Below are positions 43,915-54,038 of a stretch of 64,000 nucleotides of DNA, in pieces. Origin of the DNA: Pelagomonas calceolata (taxonomy: Eukaryota); assembly GCA_918797485.1 (NCBI GenBank), contig CAKKNE010000002.1:1860001-1924000 (forward strand), in the 5' to 3' direction. A program made the position numbers and the translations under genes. The stretch's first letter is position 1, and each line of letters begins with the position of its first letter. The notes beneath the pieces were generated by a model, which had not been told where the DNA came from, made no database searches, and was given only the letters and a program-made list of their open reading frames with translations.

Positions 43915-46900
43915 CTAAGGCGACTCGAAGTGCCGGCGGCGACGGCCTGACCCTGAGCCTGACCCTGAGCCTGATCCCGTGGCGCTGCGCGGCCGCCGCG
44001 GCCGGCCGTCGTCCCCCGCCTCACGGCGCTGGCGCCGTCGACGTCTGCGTCGTTCAGCGGGAGTCTCGTCGGCGAAGCCTTCGCCCTGGATCGGCGATTG
44101 GGCGTTTCCAAAGTACGCACCAAACAATCCGGCCGTGGCATCAGTCTCGAGGGGCGCGACGTCTCGTCGTCGGCGCCCGCTACGGCCTGTGAGCCTTCTC
44201 TTTTGCACCATGGTAGCATAGCCCAGTTGCACTGCTCTACAATCTTGAAACACTCCGTCCGGGAAGTGAGGTATGTCTGGTTTATCAAGTTCGGCGTGGG
44301 GATAGTCGGGTGAAATTTCGACGCCACAGCAATAGCAGAAGTCCGTGCGTTCGCGTGTACAAGGCATCACGTCCGTTGATTTGTGAGTCATATGATTGCA
44401 CGACTCGGGGTCATCCTTTTCTATCACTTTAAAACCTGTGTGGAATCAAAATTCGCGACGCGCTCGACTCCACGCCATCGCGACAGCTGCTCGACGGCGT
44501 GGAGGTGCCAGTTCCTCACCGCTCGACGGAGCCAGCACAGCCGTGAACCCGACGTACTGGTTGATTTCCACACAGCTTGAAACAACCGGGACAGCGCTGC
44601 GCGCCATGCTGTTCTCTCCACTCCTCCACCTCGACGTCGGCCCGCTCGCTACACTTGATATTCGGGTGCCACCTGCGTAGAATTCAACCGGTGAGTCAGG
44701 TTGCGTCGATGACGCAATGAAAATTGATTTCCGCCCAGGATCCACGGGCACTTGCAGCGGACGCACCATCTATAGGCGCAGTACGGGCACTGCACCATGG
44801 GGTCGCCGTCTCTAGGTAAGTTCACGAAGCTGCCGCACTTCAAACAATGTATACCTTCACCGAGCACGGATCTATCATAAAAATCGACGAACTTGCGGTA
44901 CTCCTTCCGCCCGAGCACGCGCCGCGCATGCAAATCAGATATATTTGTGGTGCAGCCGGCGTGATGCATCGGACAGCGAAGGGGAAACCTGTGTGGAAAT
45001 CAAATTTGGGCGCCCCGCTATCGACGCGACACATCCCGATGACATCCCGACGACTCCGTCTACTCGATGGCGTGGAACTGTTACGCCATAGACGCCACGT
45101 CGCCCATGTAATCGCGTCTGCTCGATGGCGTCGAGGTTCACGAAGTTCTCCCGCAATAACTCTCCGGATAAGCTAACTCAATGGGTGATTTCCACACAGG
45201 TAGAGACATCGAGATATCACCTAACGCAGCGTGGCAGTAGCTACGCATACAGCCGACGCAGACGTCGTGGTTGCACGACTGGAGATGTATAACAGCATTG
45301 TCCTCGGCGTAACAAATGCAACAGCTCCCCTTTTTCGTGAAGAGGCGGTTCTGGACCTCGTGGAAGAGCCGCCCGTAGTGCCTTGCGTGGTCCAGTTTGG
45401 GTGCAACGGCCGCGGCCTCGACCGCCCTTGGGGCCCACTGTTTTCTGCCGCGCGCGACGGCGATGCGCTGCCGCTTCCTCCTATCTTCCGCCGAGCCCCG
45501 GAAGACAATACCCCCGGAAACGCCCATGACCAGCGCGAGGAAGCCCCCAACCGCCAGCACGACGATGACCACCGTGGGCATCCTGTACTGTTTTTCTTTC
45601 ACAGGCTGGGACCCGTACAAGGGGTCGTCCCAGCAGAGCTCCCAGTACGGCCTACTTTCACGCGCGGGTCCCGCCGTCAAGCGCACATTTACAGTTGTGT
45701 TCTGGAGGTTCGTCCCGACGTTCACGTAGAGCCTCGTTAATACCCTGCCGCAGAAGATGCGTAAAGGTCGTAAAGTGCGTGTACAACACTCCGCGCCCGA
45801 GATTTTATCTCGACAGTCCTCGCACAGGAACACGAGCTGGCCCGCGGGCGTGTCGCCGCCGTAGACGGCGAAACTAATGCCCTGGCGCAGTTGGAGCGGC
45901 GCGTCGAAGGACACGTCCACATAAGTCACGGCTTCGGTCGCGGAGGCCGCCCAGCCGCAGTCGGGGTACGCCAATGTCGCGTTGCCCTGCCCCAGCGCCC
46001 AGGCCTTTGTCGTAGAAGACGTCGTGTACGTGAGCTCGTCGCTCGCGGAAGGGAGCGCGTACCGATGGCGTTCGAGCACGGCGGGCGCGTTGACCGTGCC
46101 GCAGTGGCGCTGGATATCCGTTTCCAGTGAAGCGCGGGGCGGTATCGCGGCGTGTCCGTCCACAAAGTCCACCTGCCGCTGCTGGACCACTTCCAACCGG
46201 TCGTCCATTCGCACCGAGAGAGACGTCTCCGGGGCGAGCTCGGCCCGCCACGCGGCCGTCAAACCTGTGTGGAAATCAACCAGTGAGTTAGGTCGTGAAC
46301 CTCTACACCAAGGAGCAGACGCAGTTACGGGGACAACGTCGCGTCGATGGCGTGGGGCGTGCGAAATTTGATTTCCACACATTGTCAAACGAGGCAGCGC
46401 CTTGCCCGCCGCAAGCCCGGGCCCCGCGATGTGCGCGTCCTCGGGCCCGTCTTCAGAAGCGGCGGCGAAGCCCTCGTCGGTCCCCGGCGTCTGGAGCAGG
46501 ACCTTGTCCGTTTCCGTGTTCGGCGCAGAGGCCACGAAGTAGTGCGCCAGGAAGCCCGTGCCCCAATCCAGGTCGTCGGAACCCTCTAACGTGGAATAGG
46601 CCACGCGGATCGCGCATCGGTCGGCATACGCCAATGACCCACAGGCCACGGATAAAGGTGGCGGCGGCGCGTCGCAGCCGCCTGCCCTACAGGAGAAGAG
46701 CACGGCGCCCGTGTCCGCTTGCGTCACGTTGAAGGACCCCGCATCACCTAAATCCAAGCGCGGGAACGCGACGACGACGCGCGTCGTCGCCGTGACCGGC
46801 GGCGCCAAGATCCACTCGCAGTCTTGCGAGGGCCGCGCGGCCGCGTCCGGCGCGGAGCCGTCGCTAAACAGGAACGACGACGCTCTTAACACAGAACGCT

Positions 46901-49397
46901 GCTGCGACGATGATGAGGCCCACCACTGTTGATCATCACCGGTCAGGGGCGCGAGGGGCACGAGGTGCGCGCCGCAGCCCTGCTGCGGCCGGTCCGAGAA
47001 GTAGGCCACGTCGAAGCCGCGGCCCGCTATTTCCGTAAAGGTCTGCAACCTCAAAATCATCTCGGGCCCGCTCGAGGCCAGCCACTTCGTGGAAGTACTA
47101 CCGCAGAACGTGTCCAGGATGGCGTCGTTGGACACGCTGCCGTCGTAGATTGTTAAAGATCCCTGGGCGCAGTCCGGTATGTCAATCGCGTTCGCCACGA
47201 GCAAGACGTTGGAACCGCCCCCTACGTCGACGTGCCAGTTGAGATCCAAACCCGACGCCAGCGTGTCCCCGACGTAGGGCGCGCGCACGGATGGTGCGGA
47301 GGCGGCGGCGAGCCGCATCTCGCCGTCGCCGACGCCTCTGCCTTCTGTGAAGGAGGCGTAGTAGCGTGCCTCGAACCCGAGGCCGTCGGGCTCCGCCTCC
47401 GTTTCCAACGTGACGTACAATGCATGTGATGAAGCGTGTAAGATGGGCGGGATCTCCTCGCAGCCCGCGCAGTCCCAGAGTAAGGTTGAGGTTGCATTTG
47501 CACCTCCATAGATCCGGAGCCGCCCGCCGCCCAGGTCGACGCGGTAGAACGCCAGGCTGATAGCTGAGACAATGGGTTCCGGTCGTACGAGCCACTCGCA
47601 CTGCAGCGAGGCGGCCATGGCGTCGGCCGGCGCCGAGCCGTCGCCGAAGACGAAGGAGGCCGCCGTGAGCACGCCGGGCTCGCGCACGTGGCCGCAGCGG
47701 TACTTTGGCGCGTCACTGTAGTACGCGAAGTCGACGGCGCCGCCCTCGGAAGTCGACTGGGAGAGTAATCGTAAAGTAATGCCATCAGAAGCAGGTGGCG
47801 CCGTGAAGGCGTCCGCGACCAACCAGGCCTGCAGGTCGGACGAGCAGTCCCACGTCTTGAGGAGTGGGGGCGACCCCGCCTCCTGATAAGCGAGGGCCCA
47901 CGTCGCCTCGTCGTCGCTCACCGCCCCGCCGTACGCCTCGACGACGTCGCCGCAATCGAGGGATAACGCGTTCCAGGCGATCGCCAAAAAGTCTATAGAA
48001 CCGCCAAACACTTTTGGATGTACGACCCACCTATAATCGAGACTCCCCTTCCAGTTATGCGGCGCTCGGATCGACGTCGCCGCGCCACCGACGAGCTCTA
48101 CTTTTTTAGAACCAGCACCGGCGTCCCAGTCCGTAGTTTCCGTCCAGTAGATGGCCTGCCAGCCCGTCCACTCGCTGGCCTCCTCGGTCACGGGGTCCGT
48201 GTAGTACGCGGAGCCGCTCCCGGACACGTATTCGACGTACAACGCGTCGCCCGACGCTTCTAAGGGAGGCGGCGCCGTGAACTGGCAGCCGGCGCAGGAC
48301 CAGAGGAGAGGAGCGTTTTCACCGTTCCCGTCGTAGACTTTCACACTACCTTCGTATTTTACGGACACGCGTTCGGCCACGAAGATTAAGGACGGCGTCC
48401 AGTCGCTGCGCGAGGGTGGCGGCCACGTTAGTGATTGTATTGAATGATCCAACAATGAAGGCGCGACCAGCCACTCGCACGCGTCGGGGCCGAGCATATT
48501 TCCTGTGGCGGAGGAACCATCTGTTAACAAGGCTGATGGTGCCGTAGCCAACGAAACCTCATCCAACGCCCCGTGCTCTCCACAACTACAATAACTCCCG
48601 ACGTGGCACGCGTCGGCGCCGGCCGCGACGTACCGCGCCCGAAATATGAAATCGGGTTCGTCCTCGGCACTGCCCGAAGCGCTACCCGGTGCTGAAAGTT
48701 GCACCATGACGTTGCCCCTTCGACCATAGACCCACTGCTCTGGAAAATCGGCGTGGGTCCACCGTGCCAGCAGGCCCTCGCCGTCGCTTACCGTGACGGT
48801 GTCGCCCTCGCGTAACGTGGCGGCCTCCACATAGACCGCCACGTCGCACTCCGTGCAATCTTTAGGATTGATCTTCCAATCATACAACAAGGGTCGGGGC
48901 GCTTTGCCGCTGGCCGTCTGCGGGGCTATCATGAGGCCTTGCGCCATCTTGAGCTCGACTTCGTAGGTCTCGCCGTCCGCCCGCTCGCCCATGTCGTCCG
49001 TGTGGGCCAGATACCTGATCTTGAAGCCGGAAGCGCCGCCTCTCGGGGCGCTAAAGGTGATAAGAGCAGCGGTCTTCGTTGTTAAGTAAAACGGCGGCGG
49101 CAGCACTTCCCCACAAGAAACACACCGCCACAGCTGCGCCTCGCTCACGCGCTCCTCGCCCTCGTACATGAAAATCTCGCAGCCGTCACATTGCAGTTCT
49201 TCGAAGACGAGCACGAGCGTCTGCATCGAACTGGAACTGCTCGGCTTGATGGCGTAGGTGCACTTGTCGCCCGGGTCGAGTCCTCCCTCGATATACGTCG
49301 CGAGGTTGAGGCGGCCCGTCAGTGCTGTGACCGTGGCGTCGTGGCAAATGGCCCAGGCGCCGGTGGCGAGCCAGAGGAGGGCCCAGAGGCGACGCAT
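43915..49397 (-). CDS. Signal peptide, ~7-8 CUB-like domains, TM and RBR (RING1-IBR-RING2) E3 ubiquitin ligase, ~1638 aa; exons 49397-46391, 46264-45208, 44988-44746, 44672-44584, 44435-43915
   Basis: Exons sum to 4917 nt (in frame). Repeated CxWxI...F..xDL...YDG...GF..xY CUB pattern. TM is VVIVVLAVGGFLALVMGVSGGIVF. RING1 is CCICY..CNHDVCVGC..RCPMHHAGC, IBR is CLKC..CPYCAYRWCVRCKCPWH...C and RING2 is RCPGC..IEK..SCNHM..FCYCCG. Confidence 0.87.
44436..44583 (-). mobile_element. Introner, 148-nt intron
   Basis: TIRs at 44436 and ending 44575. TSD TTTAAAAC/CTTGAAAC. Removal restores RCPG|CFKVIEK. Confidence 0.9.
44673..44745 (-). mobile_element. Degenerate, internally deleted Introner, 73-nt intron
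   Basis: Decayed TIRs CTGCGTAGAATTCAA / TTGATTTCCGCCCAG. Removal restores CKCP|WHPNIKC. Confidence 0.8.
44989..45207 (-). mobile_element. Introner, 219-nt intron
   Basis: TIRs at 44989 and ending 45199. Degenerate TSD GGGGAAAC/GTAGAGAC. Removal restores DISM|FPLRCP. Confidence 0.9.
46265..46390 (-). mobile_element. Introner, 126-nt in-frame stop-free intron
   Basis: TIRs at 46265 and ending 46382. TSD CGTCAAAC/TGTCAAAC. The ORF track reads through it. Confidence 0.88.
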
Positions 49398-49601
49398 GGT
49401 GGCTAGGTGTGAGCCGTCTGCGTCATCGGTCGCGCGGCATGGTTATTCCGTCCGGGGGCAGCCCGGCGGCGCGCTCAGGTCTAGGCACAGCGTCTGAGAG
49501 CGCCGCGCCGCGCTGCCGCTGAACCCGACCTTTTCTTGCATTTATTATGAGCCATCGTACGTTTGCTTCCACTTGTCCTAGGAGTCCTCGAACGAACCAG
49601 C

Positions 49602-49627
49602 GCTAGCGGCCTGTAAGACACTAGCAA
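49602..49627 (-). promoter_or_regulatory. Recurrent upstream motif copy
   Basis: GCTAGCGGCCTGTAAGACACTAGCAA between the divergent CUB-RBR and fibrillin genes. Confidence 0.65.
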
Positions 49628-49832
49628 ACATCAACCAAAGCAGGCTGAGGCAAACCTCGCGCTGTCGTGCCACATACGTTGATTGCGTTACGCGTGGCGT
49701 AGTCGAGAGACATCGTACGGCTGCTGCCACGACGAATAACAGATCGCACGCGGCTCGTCCGCCAAGGCTCAGAGGCACAGAGAGGTTTAGGGCTCTCCGA
49801 GAGCAATCCCGTCAGCAGCACCGAGCACAACA

Positions 49833-50612
49833 ATGCCACACACCGCAGCGCTCGTCGTGAGCCTCGTTGCCAGCGCTAGTGCTCTCTCCGCGCCGACGTC
49901 GGCGCCCAAGGCAGCGCTCTACAACGCAATCGATAAATTCAACGCCGCCACGGCAATCGACGGAACCGTACCCATAGACTTTGGCGTGAAAGGCGGCGAG
50001 CTCGACAAGAAGTCTCGCGCCCCGCGAAATTTATTTCCGGACGGCTTCGACGCCGTGTCAGAAAACGTGGGCACAGCGGCCAAGGGCGTCATGGCGGCCG
50101 TCGACGCACTCGCCGGCGAGGCGTCGTTGGCCGCCAATGCTGCGGACACCTGGAAGACGGCGGACTCGCCCCTCACGGGCGAGTGGAGCAACCTCTGGAC
50201 TACCGCTGCTGATGCCACGTTCGATTCCAAGAGCGAACGCGGCGCCGCCAAGGTTTCCAATGTGGTGGACGCGAGGAAGGGCCGCATCACGAACGTCATT
50301 AAATTTACGGATCCCGAGAGCAAGGCTGATGCGCTGAGAGTGAGACTCACAGCCAAGGCCGTCGGGGCGCGGCGCCTCGAGCTCACGTTCCGCTGGGTGT
50401 GCGTGACCTTCAAGAAGCGGCTCTTCGGCCTCTTCAAGAGCGTATACGTCCCGCTCGTGCCGGCGACGTTCCTGGCACGCCTGATCTTTTTGTTCCGACC
50501 CAAAATCAAGCCCGCGACGCCGTTCTTCGATTTGCTTTATTTGGATGACGAGCTCCGCGTGCAGAAGACGGGCGAGGGGAATGTGTTCGTGCAGAAGAGA
50601 CTAGTGCAGTAA
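49833..50612 (+). CDS. Plastid lipid-associated protein/fibrillin family
   Basis: Bipartite targeting sequence (ASASA-LSAP), LTGEWSNLWTT and FDLLYLDDELRVQKTGEGNVFV. Confidence 0.85.
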   Translation: MPHTAALVVSLVASASALSAPTSAPKAALYNAIDKFNAATAIDGTVPIDFGVKGGELDKKSRAPRNLFPDGFDAVSENVGTAAKGVMAAVDALAGEASLAANAADTWKTADSPLTGEWSNLWTTAADATFDSKSERGAAKVSNVVDARKGRITNVIKFTDPESKADALRVRLTAKAVGARRLELTFRWVCVTFKKRLFGLFKSVYVPLVPATFLARLIFLFRPKIKPATPFFDLLYLDDELRVQKTGEGNVFVQKRLVQ

Positions 50613-50832
50613 GGAATTGTTGTTTCTAGTGTGTTACAGGACGTAAGCCAAGCGTGGGTTAGGCCCGCTGCCCTCAACGCCACAATATTGCACCATAAGT
50701 GTGCAATTGTTGGCGAGCAGTCATTTTGGGACGTCCTGCCTCGAAAAATAGTGACGGCGCAATCGCTGCGCATCGCTGCGCGTAGTTCCTTAACTCTTGG
50801 AAGTGGCTGATTACGCAAAAATCGCCGTAGCG

Positions 50833-52641
50833 ATGGTGTCCGGCCGCGCAAAGCGCCACGCAGCAATAGCAGGCATCGCCATCGCGACCGGCGTATTCAT
50901 GGAGCTCCTAAAAAACGCGCCGACGCCGCGCCGCGGCAACCCTATTCGCGAGCTCCTCTATGACGTGAAGCTGGAACGGCTGGAGAACGAGTCGCACTTG
51001 GCAACTACATTCCTAAGATCGCAGCCGGATGCGGAACTCGCGGCCTTCCTCGCCGAGAGCGCCGCCGCGACGAACTCGACGTTGGGCAGGATGAGGGCGC
51101 TCGCAAAACGAAGATTATTTTGGGGCCTGCAGCGTTGGTTGGGATTGAGCCGCACGGACGCCTCGGGCTTGCTAAGCATGGCGACGCTCTACGTCGGCTC
51201 GCACCAGCAGTTCAAAGCGCTGGTCAACGGCACGGCGGCGTCGCTCTTAGACGTCGGAAGCGGCACGGGCACGGAAACACAAAAGTTGGCAAATGTGCTG
51301 GAATCCGACGACGTCGCCTGCCTCGAGAGCTCCAAGGCCATGCGCGTCACATTAAGGGGGATGGGCTTTCGCGCCGAGGCGACGCCGGACGAACTGGGCG
51401 ACGAGGCCTTCGCCGCCGCTTCACTACTAAACGTGCTGGACCGCTGCGACGAGCCCGGAGCGTTGCTGAACTTGGTGGCGGATCGAGTGGCCGACGGCGG
51501 TCTGGTTCTGATCGCTTCTGTTTTACCTTATAGTCCGATGGTGCATGAAGGACGCTTCTTATCCCCGTACGGCAAGGCCCAATCACGTCGAGCGAAGCGC
51601 CCGTTGCAGGTGAAGCCCGCGCGGACCTTCGAGGCGGGCGCGATCAACTTCGTGAACAGCGTGCAAGCGGCGCGGCCGGGACTCCAACTAGAAAGCTGGA
51701 CGCGGCTGCCCTACGTCAGTTCGGGCGACACGGGCCGGACGCATTATGTGTTGGACCAGGCGGTCTTCGCGTTCCGCAATGCCATGAAAGACGCGCCGCC
51801 CGCCGCGTGTGCCAAGCGCGGTGATGATCAAATTTACAAGTGGCTCGGGACGCACTTTGAAGAAGGAGGCGATATGTTAGATGCGGGCACGGGCTTCGGG
51901 TCGCTCTGCTGGCTGCTGCGGCGGTCCTACGACTCGCTGACGGCCGTCACCGCGACCAATGAAGGCATGTACGGCGCCAAACCATTACGGGAGATGACGC
52001 GGAACCGGAACGTGAGCGTCGTCATCGGGAACTGGCGGGACGATGGTTTCTTGAGCGATCAGACATATGATGTGGTCGTCGCGGACTACCTGTTCGGCGC
52101 GACGGAGCGGTACTGGGCCTACGGCGCGGACGAGCTGCTTGGTAGGTTGTTAGATAGGGTGCGGCCGGGCGGCACGTTGCTCATCGTGGGCCTCGAGCCC
52201 TACGAGCTCGTGCTCGATAGGAACGAGAAGGACGACAGGCTGGTTCTCGAGGTCGAGGCCATCGGCGACGCCGCGGCGACGGCGGCGTTCGAGCCGAACT
52301 ACCGCGAGCTGCCCGAGCGCTGGATTCGTGAACGGATCGCGCGGACGACCCAGTTCAATGTTGTGGCCACGGAGCGGTTCCCGATGCGCCTCACGGCGCG
52401 GTCGCTGCAGCGGCAGCTCGTCTTCGCGCGCGACTGCCTCGTGAAGATCGAGGACGACGGCCTCCGGGCCGCCTTCGAGGCGCGGGTCCGGGCCCTCGAC
52501 AAGGAGCTTAGCGTGTGGGCGCGCAAGGGCAAGTCCCACCGCCGCGCGCGCAACTACGCGATCGTCGTGCGCCGCGCCGCGCAAGAAGGGGAGGCTGCTC
52601 CGAAAGAGCGCAAGCGGCGCTTCTTCGGGAAGAAGAACTAA
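50833..52641 (+). CDS. METTL9/DREV-like His-methyltransferase fused to a second class I SAM-methyltransferase domain
   Basis: SRTDASGLLSMATLYVGSHQQF, LLDVGSGTG, SLLNVLDRCDEP and WTRLPY fit METTL9. The second domain has MLDAGTG, GNW, YDVVVADYL and GLEPY. N-terminal hydrophobic anchor. Confidence 0.8.
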   Translation: MVSGRAKRHAAIAGIAIATGVFMELLKNAPTPRRGNPIRELLYDVKLERLENESHLATTFLRSQPDAELAAFLAESAAATNSTLGRMRALAKRRLFWGLQRWLGLSRTDASGLLSMATLYVGSHQQFKALVNGTAASLLDVGSGTGTETQKLANVLESDDVACLESSKAMRVTLRGMGFRAEATPDELGDEAFAAASLLNVLDRCDEPGALLNLVADRVADGGLVLIASVLPYSPMVHEGRFLSPYGKAQSRRAKRPLQVKPARTFEAGAINFVNSVQAARPGLQLESWTRLPYVSSGDTGRTHYVLDQAVFAFRNAMKDAPPAACAKRGDDQIYKWLGTHFEEGGDMLDAGTGFGSLCWLLRRSYDSLTAVTATNEGMYGAKPLREMTRNRNVSVVIGNWRDDGFLSDQTYDVVVADYLFGATERYWAYGADELLGRLLDRVRPGGTLLIVGLEPYELVLDRNEKDDRLVLEVEAIGDAAATAAFEPNYRELPERWIRERIARTTQFNVVATERFPMRLTARSLQRQLVFARDCLVKIEDDGLRAAFEARVRALDKELSVWARKGKSHRRARNYAIVVRRAAQEGEAAPKERKRRFFGKKN

Positions 52642-52652
52642 AACAACTGTGT

Positions 52653-53573
52653 TTAGACCGGCGGCCGCGCGTACTGGACGCCGGGAACCACGCCCGTCGT
52701 CGCGTAGAAGTCGTATTCTACGGAGTAGCCGTTCGACGCGAGGTATTCCTGGCGGGCCAGCTGGTCGAGGGCGCACGGCCCGCACCAAAGCATACAACAG
52801 CAGTCGTCGCAACCCGCGCACCAACAACAGACGTCGAGCGACTCGAGGCCGTACGCGCATCTCGGCGACGGGATACCCCATTTGCGCCGAATGCGCCGTC
52901 GGAGCGACCACCCGATGCAGTAGAGGCCGAGGAGAAAAATTCCCGCGAGGACCGCGCCAACGGCAAGGGCCGAGGAGGCACATGCCCGGAGGAACGCCGA
53001 TAACACCAGCAACACGACGCTCGCGACGAAAAGCAGACCACAACACGTCGTGATGCAACGGTGTCTCCCGCGGTGCCCCTGCTTCTCCATGAGTTGGCCG
53101 CACATATGGCACGGACAGCAAAAGCTCGCGAGGCCGGTACCAAGGTAGTCACTGTGATTAAATGAGTCGCAAACGTCCGTCTGGAACTTTCGCTCGTGTT
53201 GGTCCGGCGCCATCGCCGTCGCGCCCATCCGTAATTCGTCCGCGGTCGTCCGCCCCGACGGCGGCTCGACTGTCACAACCACCGCCTCGGCCGGCGGCGC
53301 GGTGGGCGCCAGCGGCTGCTTATATGACATTATCTCTGAACTGAGACTCCGGTCTCTCGAGCTCGGTCGCACGTTGCGGCCACTGCGCGAGTTCACCTAA
53401 TTGTTTCGTAGATCAGAACCACGCGTCGTAGCGCTTGGTCATGCACGGCTCACCGGCAGGACTGCAGGACTTGTCTGACTCCTCCGGGAGATCACGACGC
53501 GGACGGCGGCGATGATAAAAATCGCGCTAAAGAAGATGAGACCGTAGAACCGGGCGAGGATGTCGGCGCTCAT
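52653..53573 (-). CDS. PLAC8 / plant-cadmium-resistance (PCR)-like Cys-rich membrane protein; probable exons 53573-53454 and 53396-52653
   Basis: FCCPC, LRRRIRRKWGI and DCCCMLWCGPCALDQLAR. A 57-nt GTGAG..TAG intron adds an in-frame hydrophobic first exon. An alternative ATG lies at 53330. Confidence 0.82.
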
Positions 53574-53921
53574 TTGGCCTGTGTGTGCGAAGGTGGGACA
53601 ACGAGGGAGCTCGTCATCCCACCTGGACCCACCATGCGCGCGTGCGTCGACGGCGAGCGAAGGCGGTCTCTCCTTTGGGCTCGCCGGGAGACGGTGAATG
53701 TGCCGGGTCCCGCTTGTGGGTTGCCTGGGCCAGGTGGCTCTTTGTTTGCTTGTATTAGTTGTAAGTTGTTCAGGGGGTTTACAACTAATTTTTGAAGGTT
53801 GGTAGTCAGAGCCAGTACCAACTCAACCGCGGCCGACACTTCAGCTCCCCCCGACTCTCTTTTACGCATTTTTTACGCCGGTCAACGCACCTGCCTCGTA
53901 ATTGGGCAAAAGACAAGCATG

Positions 53922-53948
53922 GCTAGCGGCCTTGTAAGACACTAGCAA
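53922..53948 (-). promoter_or_regulatory. Recurrent upstream motif copy
   Basis: GCTAGCGGCCTTGTAAGACACTAGCAA upstream of the PLAC8 gene. Confidence 0.65.
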
Positions 53949-54038
53949 GTATCGCTCGCAGAAGGTGCGTATATGTGACTACACGGCGGAACCCCGACAG
54001 AATAAATAAAACTTAGTAGTAAGGCAACGGGGAGCAAG

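Noticed and set aside
43945..43980. (CCTGAC/CCTGAG)n hexamer repeat
   Set aside because: It is simply the GSGSGS low-complexity coding tail of the RBR protein.
44436..46390. Clustered GTGTGGAAATCAA repeats as a CRISPR array
   Set aside because: They occur as inverted pairs with TSDs and irregular spacing, in a eukaryotic context with no cas genes.
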